A DNA stretch of 60,623 bases from Longimicrobiales bacterium (GTDB taxonomy: Bacteria; Gemmatimonadota; Gemmatimonadetes; Longimicrobiales; Gaopeijiaceae): positions 1-60,623 of the forward strand of contig CBDANQ010000024.1 of assembly GCA_965197725.1 (NCBI GenBank), written 5' to 3'. Below, piece by piece: positions 40,530-50,642 of this stretch (the stretch's first letter is position 1; every line of letters starts with the position of its first letter). The notes beneath the pieces were generated by a model. It was not told where the DNA came from, did not search any database, and was given only the letters and a program-made list of their open reading frames with translations. The position numbers and the translations under genes are program-made.

Positions 40530-41542
40530 CGGACGGCGCGGCGCCCATCCGCTTGGCCGTGATCGGGACGGGGGCCATTAGTCAGGTTGTACACGTTCCG
40601 ATTCTCGCGGAGCGTGAGGACGTCGATCTCGTTGCGCTCGCCGATACGGACGCTCCCAAAGCGGATGCGATCGCCCGCCGCTTCGACGTCGCCGAGGTGA
40701 TCGAGCCGGAGGAGGCGCTGACGCGGGACGACCTCGACGGAGTGGTCCTGTGCACGCCTAACCACACACACGAAGAGATGGCGCTTCAAGCGCTCGAAGC
40801 GGGCAAGCACGTGTTCGTCGAACGCCCGATCGCGACCTCGCCGGTGGGCGCCGCCCGGGTGATCGAGGCGGTAAAGACCGCCGGGACTTACCTCTCGGTC
40901 GGACATCAGCACCGGTTCCGCCCGGAGGTCGCCGCACTGCGAAGTTTCGTCGCCGGTGGCGAGCTGGGGGAGCTATATGCGGTGCGCGGAGGTTGGCTTA
41001 CGCGCCGCGTGCCGCTCCTGCGCCCGACCTGGCGTCAGAACAAGGCCGCATCCGGCGGGGGAGCGATGATCGATCTGGGTGTGCCAGCACTGGACCTCTG
41101 CTTGTGGATGGTCGGTTTCCCCAACATTCAAACCGTCTCGTGCGTAGCACACGGAGGCGACTACGAGGTTGAGGACGATGCCACTCTGATGTTCCAGAGT
41201 GAGGACGGAGTCATCTTCTCGATCGAGGTCAGCAACCGGCTCTTCGCTGGCAAGGATCGGTATTACGCGCGGGTGTTGGGCACTGAGGGTTCAGGTTCGT
41301 TCCCACCACTGGAGGTCTACAAGCAGCTTGGCGGCCGCCCGCTCGAGGTCACGCCGCGCCAGCCGCGGCCCCGGGGAGGCGAGAACCCGTATACCAACGC
41401 ATATCGACGCCTGATCGACCAGTTCGTACGCGGCGTCTCGGGACGCAGCGAGATCGAGGTTCCTGAGGAGCAAGTAGTGCTCATGCGTTTGATCGAGGCC
41501 GCGTATGAATCCGCTGAAGCAGGCCACGCGGTAGCGCTCTGA
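40526..41542 (+). CDS. Gfo/Idh/MocA-family oxidoreductase
   Basis: LAVIGTGAI, CTPNHTH, GKHVFVERP, SGGGAMIDLG. Confidence 0.9.
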   Translation: MTDGAAPIRLAVIGTGAISQVVHVPILAEREDVDLVALADTDAPKADAIARRFDVAEVIEPEEALTRDDLDGVVLCTPNHTHEEMALQALEAGKHVFVERPIATSPVGAARVIEAVKTAGTYLSVGHQHRFRPEVAALRSFVAGGELGELYAVRGGWLTRRVPLLRPTWRQNKAASGGGAMIDLGVPALDLCLWMVGFPNIQTVSCVAHGGDYEVEDDATLMFQSEDGVIFSIEVSNRLFAGKDRYYARVLGTEGSGSFPPLEVYKQLGGRPLEVTPRQPRPRGGENPYTNAYRRLIDQFVRGVSGRSEIEVPEEQVVLMRLIEAAYESAEAGHAVAL

Positions 41543-41799
41543 AGGCTGTTGAAGAAGTACAGTGGGCCGCCCAGCACCATGATGTAATGAACATACGAGT
41601 GTGTCGGTTGCGGTGGCACGGCCCCATCTCCGTCGTTGGAGCTCCTCGGACCACCGCCTTCGGCGGCGGTGCCCACGACGGCTATGCCTTCGAAGCTCCG
41701 CGACCCGCGCAAATGCGCGGGTGCCCTCTAGGGCCGTGGCACCCGGGTACCCGTGCCTTAGCACGGGTGGCGGCCCGCTGTACTTCTTCAACAGCCTTC
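41541..41799. mobile_element. MITE-like element C, 31-bp TIRs
   Basis: GAAGGCTGTTGAAGAAGTACAGTGGGCCGCC at 41541-41571 and its reverse complement (1 mismatch) at 41769-41799. Interior is colinear with element B. Confidence 0.85.
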
Positions 41800-41849
41800 T
41801 CGTGAACGACGGTGCGCCGGCCTCCACTCGCGGCGGCCGGTTTGCCAGC

Positions 41850-43443
41850 TTGAAGATCCTGCTCTGGCCTAGGCCGGGGGGAACGACTGCTTCCGGCGGT
41901 TTCCGCGGTCTTGCTCGCGCTCTCTTTCCCGCCTCTGCATCCGCTGATCCTCCCGTTCGTCGGGCTGGTGCCGTTGGCGGTGTGGGTGCGCGGCCTCCCT
42001 TCGGAAAGCGAAGGACGGCGCGCGGCAGTCCGCGGGGCGACGGTGTTCGGAGTCGTGTACTTCGGGATTCTCTTCTACTGGATTCTGGTGGCCCTGATCT
42101 GGTTCTCGAAGCTCGCGATCCTCGCGTTCCTCGGCTCCTGGCTGGGGCTGACCGGGGTCGCCGTGCTCTTCGGCTGGATGCTGCACCGCGCCGTGCACAC
42201 GGTCAGCGTCCCGCTCTGGCTCGCGCTCCCCATCACGTGGACCGCCGCCGAGTGGTTCCGCGCGCACCTGCCGGACACGCTGGCGTTCTCGTGGCTCGGC
42301 CTGGGGTCGTCGCTGTCGGGATTTCCGGAGCTGATCGGTTTCGCGGAGATCATCGGGGCGCGTGGACTGACGTTCTGGCTCGCTTTGGTGAACGGGCTCG
42401 TTGCGGGCATCGTGCTAAGCCTGGGAGAAGGCCGTGGCTGGCGCCGCCAGGGTGCGATCCTCGCGGCGGTGCTCGTGCTGCCCATGGGGTGGAGCGTTTG
42501 GCGGGCCAACACGCTGCGGATGAGGGCGGTCGGTGAGGTCGCGGTTGTGCAGCCGAACATTCCGGAGCACGTCAAGCTCGACGAGAGCGTTGGGCTGGAT
42601 AGCACCTTCGCCTCGCTCGACCGGTTGATGCCGAGGCTTGCTCATGGCTCGGTTGCGCTGGTCGTGATGCCCGAAGTCACGTTTCCGACCTACCTGACGC
42701 ATCCGGACGCCGCCGACGTGGTTGCGCGCGTGCAGAGTTACAGCCGTGAGGTCGGCGCCCCGGTTCTCGTGGGTGGCTTCGGGCATGAGTTTCTCGACGA
42801 CGGGACCTTCATCCCGTACAACTCGGCGTTCATGGTCGAGCCGCAGGGGCTGACCGACTTCCAGTACGACAAGCGGTACCTGGTTCCGATGGTCGAGCGC
42901 GTGCCGCTGCTGCCGAGAAACTGGCTGCCGATGCTCCGGCCCTTCGGCACTTACGGCAAAGGGCGAGGCTGGCCGCTCGCCGAGGCAGGAGACCACCTCT
43001 ACGGGGTACTGATCTGTTACGAGTCTACGTATGCGGCGGCGGCGCGCAGTTTCCGACGCGAAGGCGCCGACGTGCTACTGAACATCACGAACGACGCCTG
43101 GTATGGTCGCGAGCCGCTCTATGCACGTACGACCGCGCTGTGGCAGCATCCCGCGCACATGGTTCTGCGCGCCATCGAGAACCGCGTGGGGGTGGCGCGC
43201 GCAGGTAATACGGGGATCTCGCTCTTCATCGATCCCGTGGGACGAGTGTACAACGCCACCTCGCTCTTCGAGGCTGACATCCGTAGCGACACCATCTACA
43301 CGACCGACGTCGTGACCTTCTACGTGAAGTACGGTGATCTCGTGGGAAACGGTGCGGCCCTCGCCGCGCTGCTCCTGACGCTCGCCTCTTTCTGGCTGTC
43401 ACGGCGGGCCCCCTCTCTGGACCCCTCGGACCGAGGCATTTAG
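41850..43443 (+). CDS. lnt: Apolipoprotein N-acyltransferase (probable +1 frameshift in the G6 run at 41876-41881)
   Basis: LALSFPP, VVQPNI, PE, YDKRYLVPMVE, ICYES, NITNDAWYG, RAIENR. Removing one G gives an N-terminus MKILLWPRPGERLLPAV. Confidence 0.92.
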
Positions 43444-43446
43444 CTT
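43418..43446 (+). promoter_or_regulatory. Candidate promoter for rpmE-prfA-prmC
   Basis: TGGACC-N17-TAGCTT overlapping the lnt stop. The -10 resembles the other TA(T/G)CTT boxes in this window. Confidence 0.45.
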
Positions 43447-43552
43447 TCCCAGGCTGTACTACCGGGGGCGTCGTATGCCAATGTCCCCGCAAGTCAATCG
43501 GGCCGGGCCTGTTAGCGCCCAGCCCCGTTCCACATAGGTGCTGGAGTAGGAC

Positions 43553-43762
43553 ATGAAGCAGGGCATCCATCCCGAATACATAGCGGCAAACGCCGTCTGT
43601 GCGTGCGGCAATCGCTTCGAGACGATGTCCACCGTGGACGAAATCCACGTGGAGATTTGCTCGGTGTGTCACCCTTTCTACACTGGCAAGCAGCGTCTAG
43701 TAGACACCGCGGGCCGCGTCGACCGCTTCAAGAAGAAGTACGGGACGGTCGCCGAGAAGTGA
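43553..43762 (+). CDS. rpmE: 50S ribosomal protein L31 (Zn-binding type)
   Basis: [38 protein letters not shown]. Confidence 0.98.
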   Translation: MKQGIHPEYIAANAVCACGNRFETMSTVDEIHVEICSVCHPFYTGKQRLVDTAGRVDRFKKKYGTVAEK

Positions 43763-43784
43763 GGTGGCCGGGGCCTTCTGAGTC

Positions 43785-44894
43785 ATGGCCCATCTCATGA
43801 AGTCCCCGAACATCGACTCCCGTCTGCAGCAGCGCCTCCAAGAGGCGGAACTGCGCCTTCCAGAGCTCGATTCGGAGCTCGCAAACCCGGAAGTGCTCTC
43901 GAACCCTGAGCGGCTGAAGGATCTCGGACGTGAGAGAGCGCATGTAGACCGGATCGTCACCGCCAGCCGTGAGCTGCGCACTGCGGTAGAAGGCCACCGC
44001 GGCGCGGCCGAGTTGCTGGAGGAGACCGACGATCCCGAAATGAAGGGGCTCGCCGAAGAGGAGCTCTCGGTACTCGGCACGCGCATCGAGCAGCTCGCGC
44101 TTCAGGCGCGTGAGCTGCTCATCCCTCCGGACCCACTAGCGGATCGCGCGGCGGTCATCGAGATCCGCGCCGGTACGGGCGGCGATGAAGCAGGCCTCTT
44201 CGCGTCGGATATCCTGCGTATGTATCGCCGATTCGCGGAGCGCAACCGCTGGTCTGTCGACGTAATGAGCCTCTCCGAGGGCATCCCGGGCTCGATCAAG
44301 GAAGTGATCTTCACAGTGCGTGGAAGCGGCGCGTACGGTCGACTGCGGTACGAGTCGGGTGTTCATCGTGTTCAGCGTGTCCCCTCGACCGAGAGCCAAG
44401 GGCGGATCCACACCTCGGCGGCCACGGTAGCGGTGTTGCCCGAGGCCGAGGAAGTCGACCTGGAGATCGATCCCAACGACTTGCGAATCGATGTCTTTCG
44501 GTCTTCGGGCCCCGGCGGCCAGTCCGTGAACACAACGGACTCCGCCGTACGCATCACGCACCTTCCGTCGAAGCTCGTCGTAACCTGCCAGGACGAAAAG
44601 TCGCAGCACAAGAACAAGGCGAAGGCGATGAAGGTGCTGCGCAGCCGCCTTCTCGATCGCATTATCGCTGAGCGGGAAGCCGAGCGGGCGAGGGAACGGA
44701 AGACCCAGGTAGGCACGGGGGACCGGTCGGCCAAGATCCGCACGTACAACTTCCCGCAGGGGCGGGTTACGGATCATCGGATCGGCCTGACGCTCCACCG
44801 GCTGAACGATGTGCTGGACGGGGCGCTCGACGAGTTGATCGCTTCGCTCCGGCTTGCGGAGGAGCAAGAGCGACTCGGGGCCGACCATGAGTGA
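43785..44894 (+). CDS. prfA: Peptide chain release factor 1
   Basis: [19 protein letters not shown] (PxT), [24 protein letters not shown]. Confidence 0.97.
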   Translation: MAHLMKSPNIDSRLQQRLQEAELRLPELDSELANPEVLSNPERLKDLGRERAHVDRIVTASRELRTAVEGHRGAAELLEETDDPEMKGLAEEELSVLGTRIEQLALQARELLIPPDPLADRAAVIEIRAGTGGDEAGLFASDILRMYRRFAERNRWSVDVMSLSEGIPGSIKEVIFTVRGSGAYGRLRYESGVHRVQRVPSTESQGRIHTSAATVAVLPEAEEVDLEIDPNDLRIDVFRSSGPGGQSVNTTDSAVRITHLPSKLVVTCQDEKSQHKNKAKAMKVLRSRLLDRIIAEREAERARERKTQVGTGDRSAKIRTYNFPQGRVTDHRIGLTLHRLNDVLDGALDELIASLRLAEEQERLGADHE

Positions 44895-45813
44895 GGACCC
44901 CGACCGACTACGTTCGTCCTCGCCGAGCTCGCGGGGCGAGGAGCTCTGGACGGTACTGCGCATGATGGAGTGGAGCGGAGAGTACCTGGAGGGCAAGGGC
45001 ATCCCGCGTGGTCGCCTTGACGCCGAGCATCTGCTCGCGGAGGCGTTGGGGCTCGCGCGCCTGGAACTCTACCTGCAGTTCGATCGGCCCCTGGTCCCCG
45101 CGGAGCTGGACCGGTACCGGCCACTGCTCAAGCGGCGCGCAAGAAGGGAGCCACTTCAGTACATTCTAGGGCGTGCCGCCTTCCGGGAGTTGGATCTCGA
45201 GGTCGACGGGCGCGTGCTGATCCCCCGTCCCGAGACCGAGATCCTTCTCGATGAGGTACTCGAGTGGGCCAGGGCTCACGCAGGTGCTCAGGCGCGCGCG
45301 CTCGATGTCGGTACCGGGTCGGGGGCGATCGCCCTGTCACTCGTGCTGGAAGGGCCGTTCGAGTTGGTCGTGGCAACCGACACCTCCGAGGCTGCGCTGG
45401 AGATTGCCCGCTGCAATGCGGAGGCCGCTGGGTTGGGTGCCAAGGTGGAGTTCCGGCTGGGTCCGTACTTCGAGCCGGTCTCGGAGGCGGAGGTCTTTGA
45501 CCTCGTGGTCTCCAATCCGCCGTACGTTGCGGAGGGGGAGGCTCCGTCGCTCGAGCCCGAAGTGCGCGAGTGGGAGCCCGGTGATGCGCTCTTCGCGGGG
45601 CCGGACGGGCTGGTAGCGTTGAGGACCATCGTCGCGGGCGCGGGCCTGCGCCTGCGGCCGGGCGGGCTGCTGGCGCTCGAAGTAGGGGTGGGTCAGGCAG
45701 GGCCGGTGGTGGCCATGCTGGAGGATACGGGGGAGTACGTCGACGTAGGCGTGCGACCGGACCTGACGGGGCGTGAGCGCCTGGTGCTCACCCGTCGGGC
45801 AATGACCACCTGA
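44887..45813 (+). CDS. prmC: Release factor glutamine methyltransferase
   Basis: [28 protein letters not shown]. Confidence 0.97.
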   Translation: MSEDPDRLRSSSPSSRGEELWTVLRMMEWSGEYLEGKGIPRGRLDAEHLLAEALGLARLELYLQFDRPLVPAELDRYRPLLKRRARREPLQYILGRAAFRELDLEVDGRVLIPRPETEILLDEVLEWARAHAGAQARALDVGTGSGAIALSLVLEGPFELVVATDTSEAALEIARCNAEAAGLGAKVEFRLGPYFEPVSEAEVFDLVVSNPPYVAEGEAPSLEPEVREWEPGDALFAGPDGLVALRTIVAGAGLRLRPGGLLALEVGVGQAGPVVAMLEDTGEYVDVGVRPDLTGRERLVLTRRAMTT

Positions 45814-45837
45814 GATTCCGGACCGGAGACAGAGGGA

Positions 45838-46194
45838 ATGATGGGCATCGATGAAAAGGCGCGCGACCTGGGCAATGCCCTGGCGGGGACCGAAGAGTAC
45901 CAGACGCTCAAGCGGGCGATGGAGGCCGCGGATGAGGACCGGGAGCTGGTCGAGCTCCGGAACCGCCTCCAGGCGCTCGAGCAGCGACTGGAGGCGTCGA
46001 TGCGCGCCGGTCAGGAACCTGATGAGGACGCGAAGGAGGCCTACACGGAGGCTGCCGAGGAACTTCAGATCAAGGCGGGCTTCCAGCGCCTGATCTCGGC
46101 ACAGGCCAACTTCGAGAAGGTCATGATGAAGGTGAACGACACAGTAGCAAGGGGCATCGAAGAGGGCGCCCAGAGCCGGATCATCGTTCCCTAG
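45838..46194 (+). CDS. YlbF/YheA/YmcA-family regulator-like protein
   Basis: KARDLGNALAGTEEYQTLKRA..D helical pattern typical of Com_YlbF. Confidence 0.75.
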   Translation: MMGIDEKARDLGNALAGTEEYQTLKRAMEAADEDRELVELRNRLQALEQRLEASMRAGQEPDEDAKEAYTEAAEELQIKAGFQRLISAQANFEKVMMKVNDTVARGIEEGAQSRIIVP

Positions 46195-46223
46195 CCACAA
46201 TCAACTCAACGTGAGGCGTTTCA

Positions 46224-47537
46224 GTGAAGCAGCCTTCTGAGATCCGTCCCGCCGGAGGCAAGCTCGGCGTACTTCTGCCCGGATTCGGGGCCGTCGCCAC
46301 GACGTTCGTTGCCGGCGTGGAATCCGTGCGCCGCGGACTTGCGGATCCCATCGGCTCCTTGACCCAGATGAACACGATTCGGTTGGGCAAGCGTACCGAT
46401 GGCCGCGCTCCGCTCATCAAGAACTTCGTGCCGCTCGCCGGTCTCGACGACCTGGTCTTCGGGACCTGGGACCCGATTCCCGACGACGGCTACGCGAGCG
46501 CGGTGAATGCGGGGGTTCTCCAAAAAGAGAAGCACCTCGACCCGATCCAGGACTTCCTGTCTGCCATCAAGCCGATGTCGGCAGCCTTCGACACCGACTA
46601 TGTGAAGAAGCTCGACGGGCCGAACAAGAAATCGGGCAGCAAGATGGAACAGGCTGAGGAGATCCGTGCCGACATCCGCCGCTTCAAGGAGGAGAACGGC
46701 TGCGACCGCCTCGTGATGGTTTGGTGCGCCTCGACCGAGGTCTTCCTACGCTCGGGTGCGGTGCATGAGACCCTCGAGTCGTTCGAGCAGGCCATGCGTG
46801 ACGGTGACCCGGGCATCGCGCCCAGCATGCTGTACGCTTATGCTGCGCTGATGGAGGGCGTGCCGTACGCCAACGGCGCCCCGAACCTGTCTGCGGACGT
46901 TCCCGCGCTCGAGCAGCTCGCGGACGACAGGAGCGTGCCCATTAGTGGCAAGGACTTCAAGACGGGCCAGACCCTCATGAAGACGATCCTCGCCCCGGGC
47001 TTCAAGACGCGCATGCTCGGCTTGTCGGGATGGTTCAGCACGAACATCCTCGGCAATCGCGATGGCGAGGTGCTCGACGACCCCGAATCGTTCAAGACGA
47101 AGGAGGAGTCGAAACTCGGCGCGCTCGAGTACATTCTGCAGCCGGAGGTCTACCCGAAGCTGTACGGTGACATATACCACAAAGTGCGGATCAACTACTA
47201 CCCGCCGCGTGGCGACAACAAAGAAGGGTGGGACAACATCGACATCTTCGGATGGATGGGGTACCACATGCAGATCAAGATCGATTTCCTCTGCCGCGAC
47301 TCGATCCTCGCCGCGCCCATCGTGCTGGATCTGGCGCTCTTCCTCGACCTCGCGTCGCGGGCGGGCATGAGCGGAATTCAGGAGTGGCTGTCGTTCTACT
47401 TCAAGGCGCCGCACACCGTGCCTGGCCTTCATCCTGAGCACGATATCTTCATTCAGCACTGGAAGCTGAAGAACACGCTTCGCTGGATGATGCGCGAGGA
47501 GTTGGTGACTCACCTGGGCGTGGAGTACTACGACTAG
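46224..47537 (+). CDS. ino1: Inositol-3-phosphate synthase
   Basis: GAVATT, GKDFKTGQT, WFSTNILGNRDG, GDNKEGWD, CRDSILAAPIVLDL. Confidence 0.95.
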   Translation: MKQPSEIRPAGGKLGVLLPGFGAVATTFVAGVESVRRGLADPIGSLTQMNTIRLGKRTDGRAPLIKNFVPLAGLDDLVFGTWDPIPDDGYASAVNAGVLQKEKHLDPIQDFLSAIKPMSAAFDTDYVKKLDGPNKKSGSKMEQAEEIRADIRRFKEENGCDRLVMVWCASTEVFLRSGAVHETLESFEQAMRDGDPGIAPSMLYAYAALMEGVPYANGAPNLSADVPALEQLADDRSVPISGKDFKTGQTLMKTILAPGFKTRMLGLSGWFSTNILGNRDGEVLDDPESFKTKEESKLGALEYILQPEVYPKLYGDIYHKVRINYYPPRGDNKEGWDNIDIFGWMGYHMQIKIDFLCRDSILAAPIVLDLALFLDLASRAGMSGIQEWLSFYFKAPHTVPGLHPEHDIFIQHWKLKNTLRWMMREELVTHLGVEYYD

Positions 47538-47540
47538 ACC

Positions 47541-48173
47541 ATGGCGGCGCGCTTCATCGTATTGGAGGGCGGCGACGGCGTGGGTAAGACCACGCAGGCC
47601 GCCCTCCTGTCGTCTTGGTTGGCTGCGCGCGAAATCGCGCACATCCTCACGCGGGAACCGGGGGGTACTCCGGTGGGTGAGGCGATCCGCGAGGTCGTGC
47701 TCAATCGCGACGACCTCGAGATGCCCGCTGAGTCCGAGCTCTTGCTCATCCTGGCGGCACGGGCGGCGTTCGTCCGCGACGTCGTTCGGCCGGCGCTCGA
47801 AAAGGGTCAGGTCGTATTGGCGGATCGGTTCGCGCTCTCCACGCTCGCGTACCAGGGGTACGGTCGGGGGCTGGATTTGGGCGACGTGAGGGACGGCCTT
47901 CGGATCGCGACCGGGGGCTTGAGGCCGGACCTGTACATCGTGCTCGATCTGCCGGCCGAAGCGGCCAGAGAACGTCAGCGCGGGGATGGCATGGTACCGG
48001 ACCGTATCGAAAAGGAGGGAGACGGCTTCCTCCAGTCCGTGCGTGCAGGGTATCTTGCGTTGGCGGAGACGGAGCCGGGAGTTCAAGTGCTGAGCGCCCG
48101 CGGAACGCCCGAGGACGTGCACGCGAGGATCCGTGGGCTTCTCGAGACGTGTTTCCCTGAAACCTTCCGGTAA
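47541..48173 (+). CDS. tmk: Thymidylate kinase
   Basis: FIVLEGGDGVGKTTQ, TREPGGT, DRF..STLAYQG. Confidence 0.97.
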   Translation: MAARFIVLEGGDGVGKTTQAALLSSWLAAREIAHILTREPGGTPVGEAIREVVLNRDDLEMPAESELLLILAARAAFVRDVVRPALEKGQVVLADRFALSTLAYQGYGRGLDLGDVRDGLRIATGGLRPDLYIVLDLPAEAARERQRGDGMVPDRIEKEGDGFLQSVRAGYLALAETEPGVQVLSARGTPEDVHARIRGLLETCFPETFR

Positions 48174-48265
48174 AGCGCGGTATAAACGAGAGGGCGTACC
48201 ACGGGCTGCCAGGGAGGGCACGGGATCAGAATGCATCGGTCGAACGTGAGCAGGAGCGTGGAATC

Positions 48266-49888
48266 GTGAGGCGAGGGCTCTTCGCGCCGGTGGTCGTGGT
48301 CGCCTTTGCGGTGATGGCGGGCGGCTGGCTATTGCAGGAGGGCGTCGACCGGGCCGCGAATATTTACGTCCGTGTGCGCGTGCTCCAGGAAGTCGTAGAC
48401 CACGTGGAGACGAGCTTCGTCGACGACGTCGATCCGACCGGGCTCTACAACTCCGCGATCGACGGACTCATTCGCGACCTCGGCGATCCGCACTCGTCGT
48501 TCTTGCCTGCCGACGAATACGAGAACCTGAGCATCCGCATTGAAGGAGAGTACGGAGGCGTCGGTCTCGAGGTCGTCGACCGCGGCGGTTGGGTTACGGT
48601 TGTCAGTCCGATTTCGGGAACTCCAGGCGAACGCGCCGGGATTCGCGGTGGTGATCAGTTCTTCGAGATCGAGGGGATCCCTGCGGACACGATGATCACG
48701 GACCAGGCGGTCGAGCTGCTGCGCGGCCGTCCCGGTACTGAAGTCACAGTGAAGATGCTTCGCCCAGGAGTCGAGGAGCCGATCGAATTCACGATCGAGC
48801 GTGCCACGATTCGACTGCGTGCGGTGCCCTTCGCGCTCATGCTGGAGCCCGGGATCGGCTACGTGCCGCTTCAGACCGTCAGTGAGACGTCGTCGCGCGA
48901 GATCCGGGCAGCCGTCGACTCGCTGCGTGGGGAAGGGCTCGAGGGACTGATCCTGGATCTGCGCGGGAACCCCGGTGGCTTGCTCGACGAGGGGATCGCG
49001 GTCTCCGATCTCTTCCTCGAAGCCGGCCTCCCCGTCGTCGAAACCAGGGGCAGGGCCGCGAGGCAAAGCGAGACGTACACATCGTCGTCTCCGGATCGAT
49101 ATGGGGATCTGCCCATCGTCGTGCTGGTCGATGGTACCAGTGCCTCGGCGTCGGAGATCATCGCAGGCGCCCTCCAGGATCACGACCGGGCGGTGATCGT
49201 TGGTGAGACGACGTACGGCAAAGGCTCCGTGCAGAGTCTTTTCCGGCTCACGGGTGGAGACGTACTGCGGCTGACTACGGCGCGGTGGTATACGCCCGTC
49301 GGCCGTTCGATTGACCGCGACCTCGATGCCGTCGTCGATGTGGCGGAGCACGAGCTCGCGATCTCGGGCAAAATCGTGACGCCGACCGTCCTCGATAGTC
49401 GCCCTGAGTATAAGTCGCTCGGTGGTCGCACTCTGTTGGGAGGCGGCGGTATCACTCCGGATCTGTCCGTATCTCCCGAGAGGTTGTCGCCCCAGGAGGC
49501 CGAAGCGGTCTACCGGGTCTTCAGTCGGGCGGGAGGATTCACCGCTGCGCTCTTCAACTACGCCGTCTCATTCGTTCAAGACCACCCGAATGCCGAACCG
49601 GGCTTCGTCGTGCGTGACGCCGAGGTCCAGGACTTCTACGAGACGCTTCCCGAGTGGCGCGCGGAAGTCGACCACGACGACTTCATGGCCGCCGAGCGTT
49701 TCGTTCGCTACCGCATGGAGCGAGAGATCGCTCTGCAGGCGTGGGGCGACGCTGGGCAGTTCGAGCAGTCCCGGAGGCACGACACCCAGCTGACGACGGC
49801 GGTCGAGCTACTGCGGGGTGCCGCGGACCCGGCGGATCTGATCGAAAAGGTCGCGGCTGCGGAAAACGAGCAAGATTCCGGCTCCTGA
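48266..49888 (+). CDS. ctpA: S41-family C-terminal processing protease
   Basis: LGDPHS, PDZ domain, LDLRGNPGG, SASASEI, YGKGSVQ. Confidence 0.93.
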   Translation: MRRGLFAPVVVVAFAVMAGGWLLQEGVDRAANIYVRVRVLQEVVDHVETSFVDDVDPTGLYNSAIDGLIRDLGDPHSSFLPADEYENLSIRIEGEYGGVGLEVVDRGGWVTVVSPISGTPGERAGIRGGDQFFEIEGIPADTMITDQAVELLRGRPGTEVTVKMLRPGVEEPIEFTIERATIRLRAVPFALMLEPGIGYVPLQTVSETSSREIRAAVDSLRGEGLEGLILDLRGNPGGLLDEGIAVSDLFLEAGLPVVETRGRAARQSETYTSSSPDRYGDLPIVVLVDGTSASASEIIAGALQDHDRAVIVGETTYGKGSVQSLFRLTGGDVLRLTTARWYTPVGRSIDRDLDAVVDVAEHELAISGKIVTPTVLDSRPEYKSLGGRTLLGGGGITPDLSVSPERLSPQEAEAVYRVFSRAGGFTAALFNYAVSFVQDHPNAEPGFVVRDAEVQDFYETLPEWRAEVDHDDFMAAERFVRYRMEREIALQAWGDAGQFEQSRRHDTQLTTAVELLRGAADPADLIEKVAAAENEQDSGS

Positions 49889-49909
49889 CACCGTGGCGGA
49901 CCCGCGTGC

Positions 49910-49954
49910 CTAGCAGGGGATCGGAAAGGGGGGCGGGCCGCGCGACCCTTCTAG
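49910..49954. repeat. Collapsed 45-bp remnant of a B-type MITE
   Basis: CTAGCAGGGGATCGGAAAGGGGGGCGGGCCGC resembles the B left TIR and is fused to ACCCTTCTAG, the B right terminus. Confidence 0.65.
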
Positions 49955-50112
49955 ATTCGGCGGCCGGTCCGATTCCGTTATGCCCATGCCCCGGTGGGGG
50001 CGCTTCCTTACAGCTGACGACGATCTCGGATTCATGGACTTGGAGGACGAATGAGCGTAGTCGAGGTCGCGCGCGGCGATCCGGCCGCGTTCGATCTGGC
50101 CAGCGCGATCGC

Positions 50113-50639
50113 ATGACCGCGTCGGCCCTCCGATTCCCTCGAAGTGCTCGTACGCCTCGGCGCTGTGCTCGCCTCGCGCCGCGACGGAGAGGTCGAATCC
50201 GCGCTGCGGGTCGCGGCTGAGCGCAGTGGCACGGAGGCCGTCGAGGAGGTGATCCTACAGAGCTACCTGTTCCTGGCGTACCCGATCGCGCTGAATGCGA
50301 TGGCCCGGTGGCGCGCGGTCAGTGGAGCGCGCTCTCCGGAATACGCAGCGGTCGACCGAGACGCGTGGCTCGAGCGCGGTGAAGAGGTGTGCGGTTCGGT
50401 GTACCGAAGGCCAGTATCAGCGCCTACGCGCGAATGCGCGCCGTCTCCACCCGGACATGGGGCGCTGGATGGTCGAGGATGGGTACGGAAAGGTGCTGGG
50501 GCGCCTGAACGTCGGCGCCACCGAGTCGGCGGTGGAGGCGGCGCTGCACGTTGGGCTGGATTACGCCGAGCCCGCGGCGCACCAGCGCGCCTCTGAGACT
50601 TGGGACTCGGTTCGCGCACGTACTGGTCAGGAACGCTGA
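50113..50639 (+). pseudogene. Carboxymuconolactone decarboxylase-like protein, internally deleted, plus two +1 frameshifts
   Basis: EEVILQSYLFLAYP, RGEEVC..VY, HPDMGRWMVEDGYGKVLGR joined directly to LNVGA. The PGL..RE..QL..HL.GA segment is absent. Confidence 0.7.
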
Positions 50640-50642
50640 GCG

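Noticed and set aside
43785..44894. RF2-type programmed frameshift
   Set aside because: The gene is RF1 (PxT motif) and is uninterrupted.
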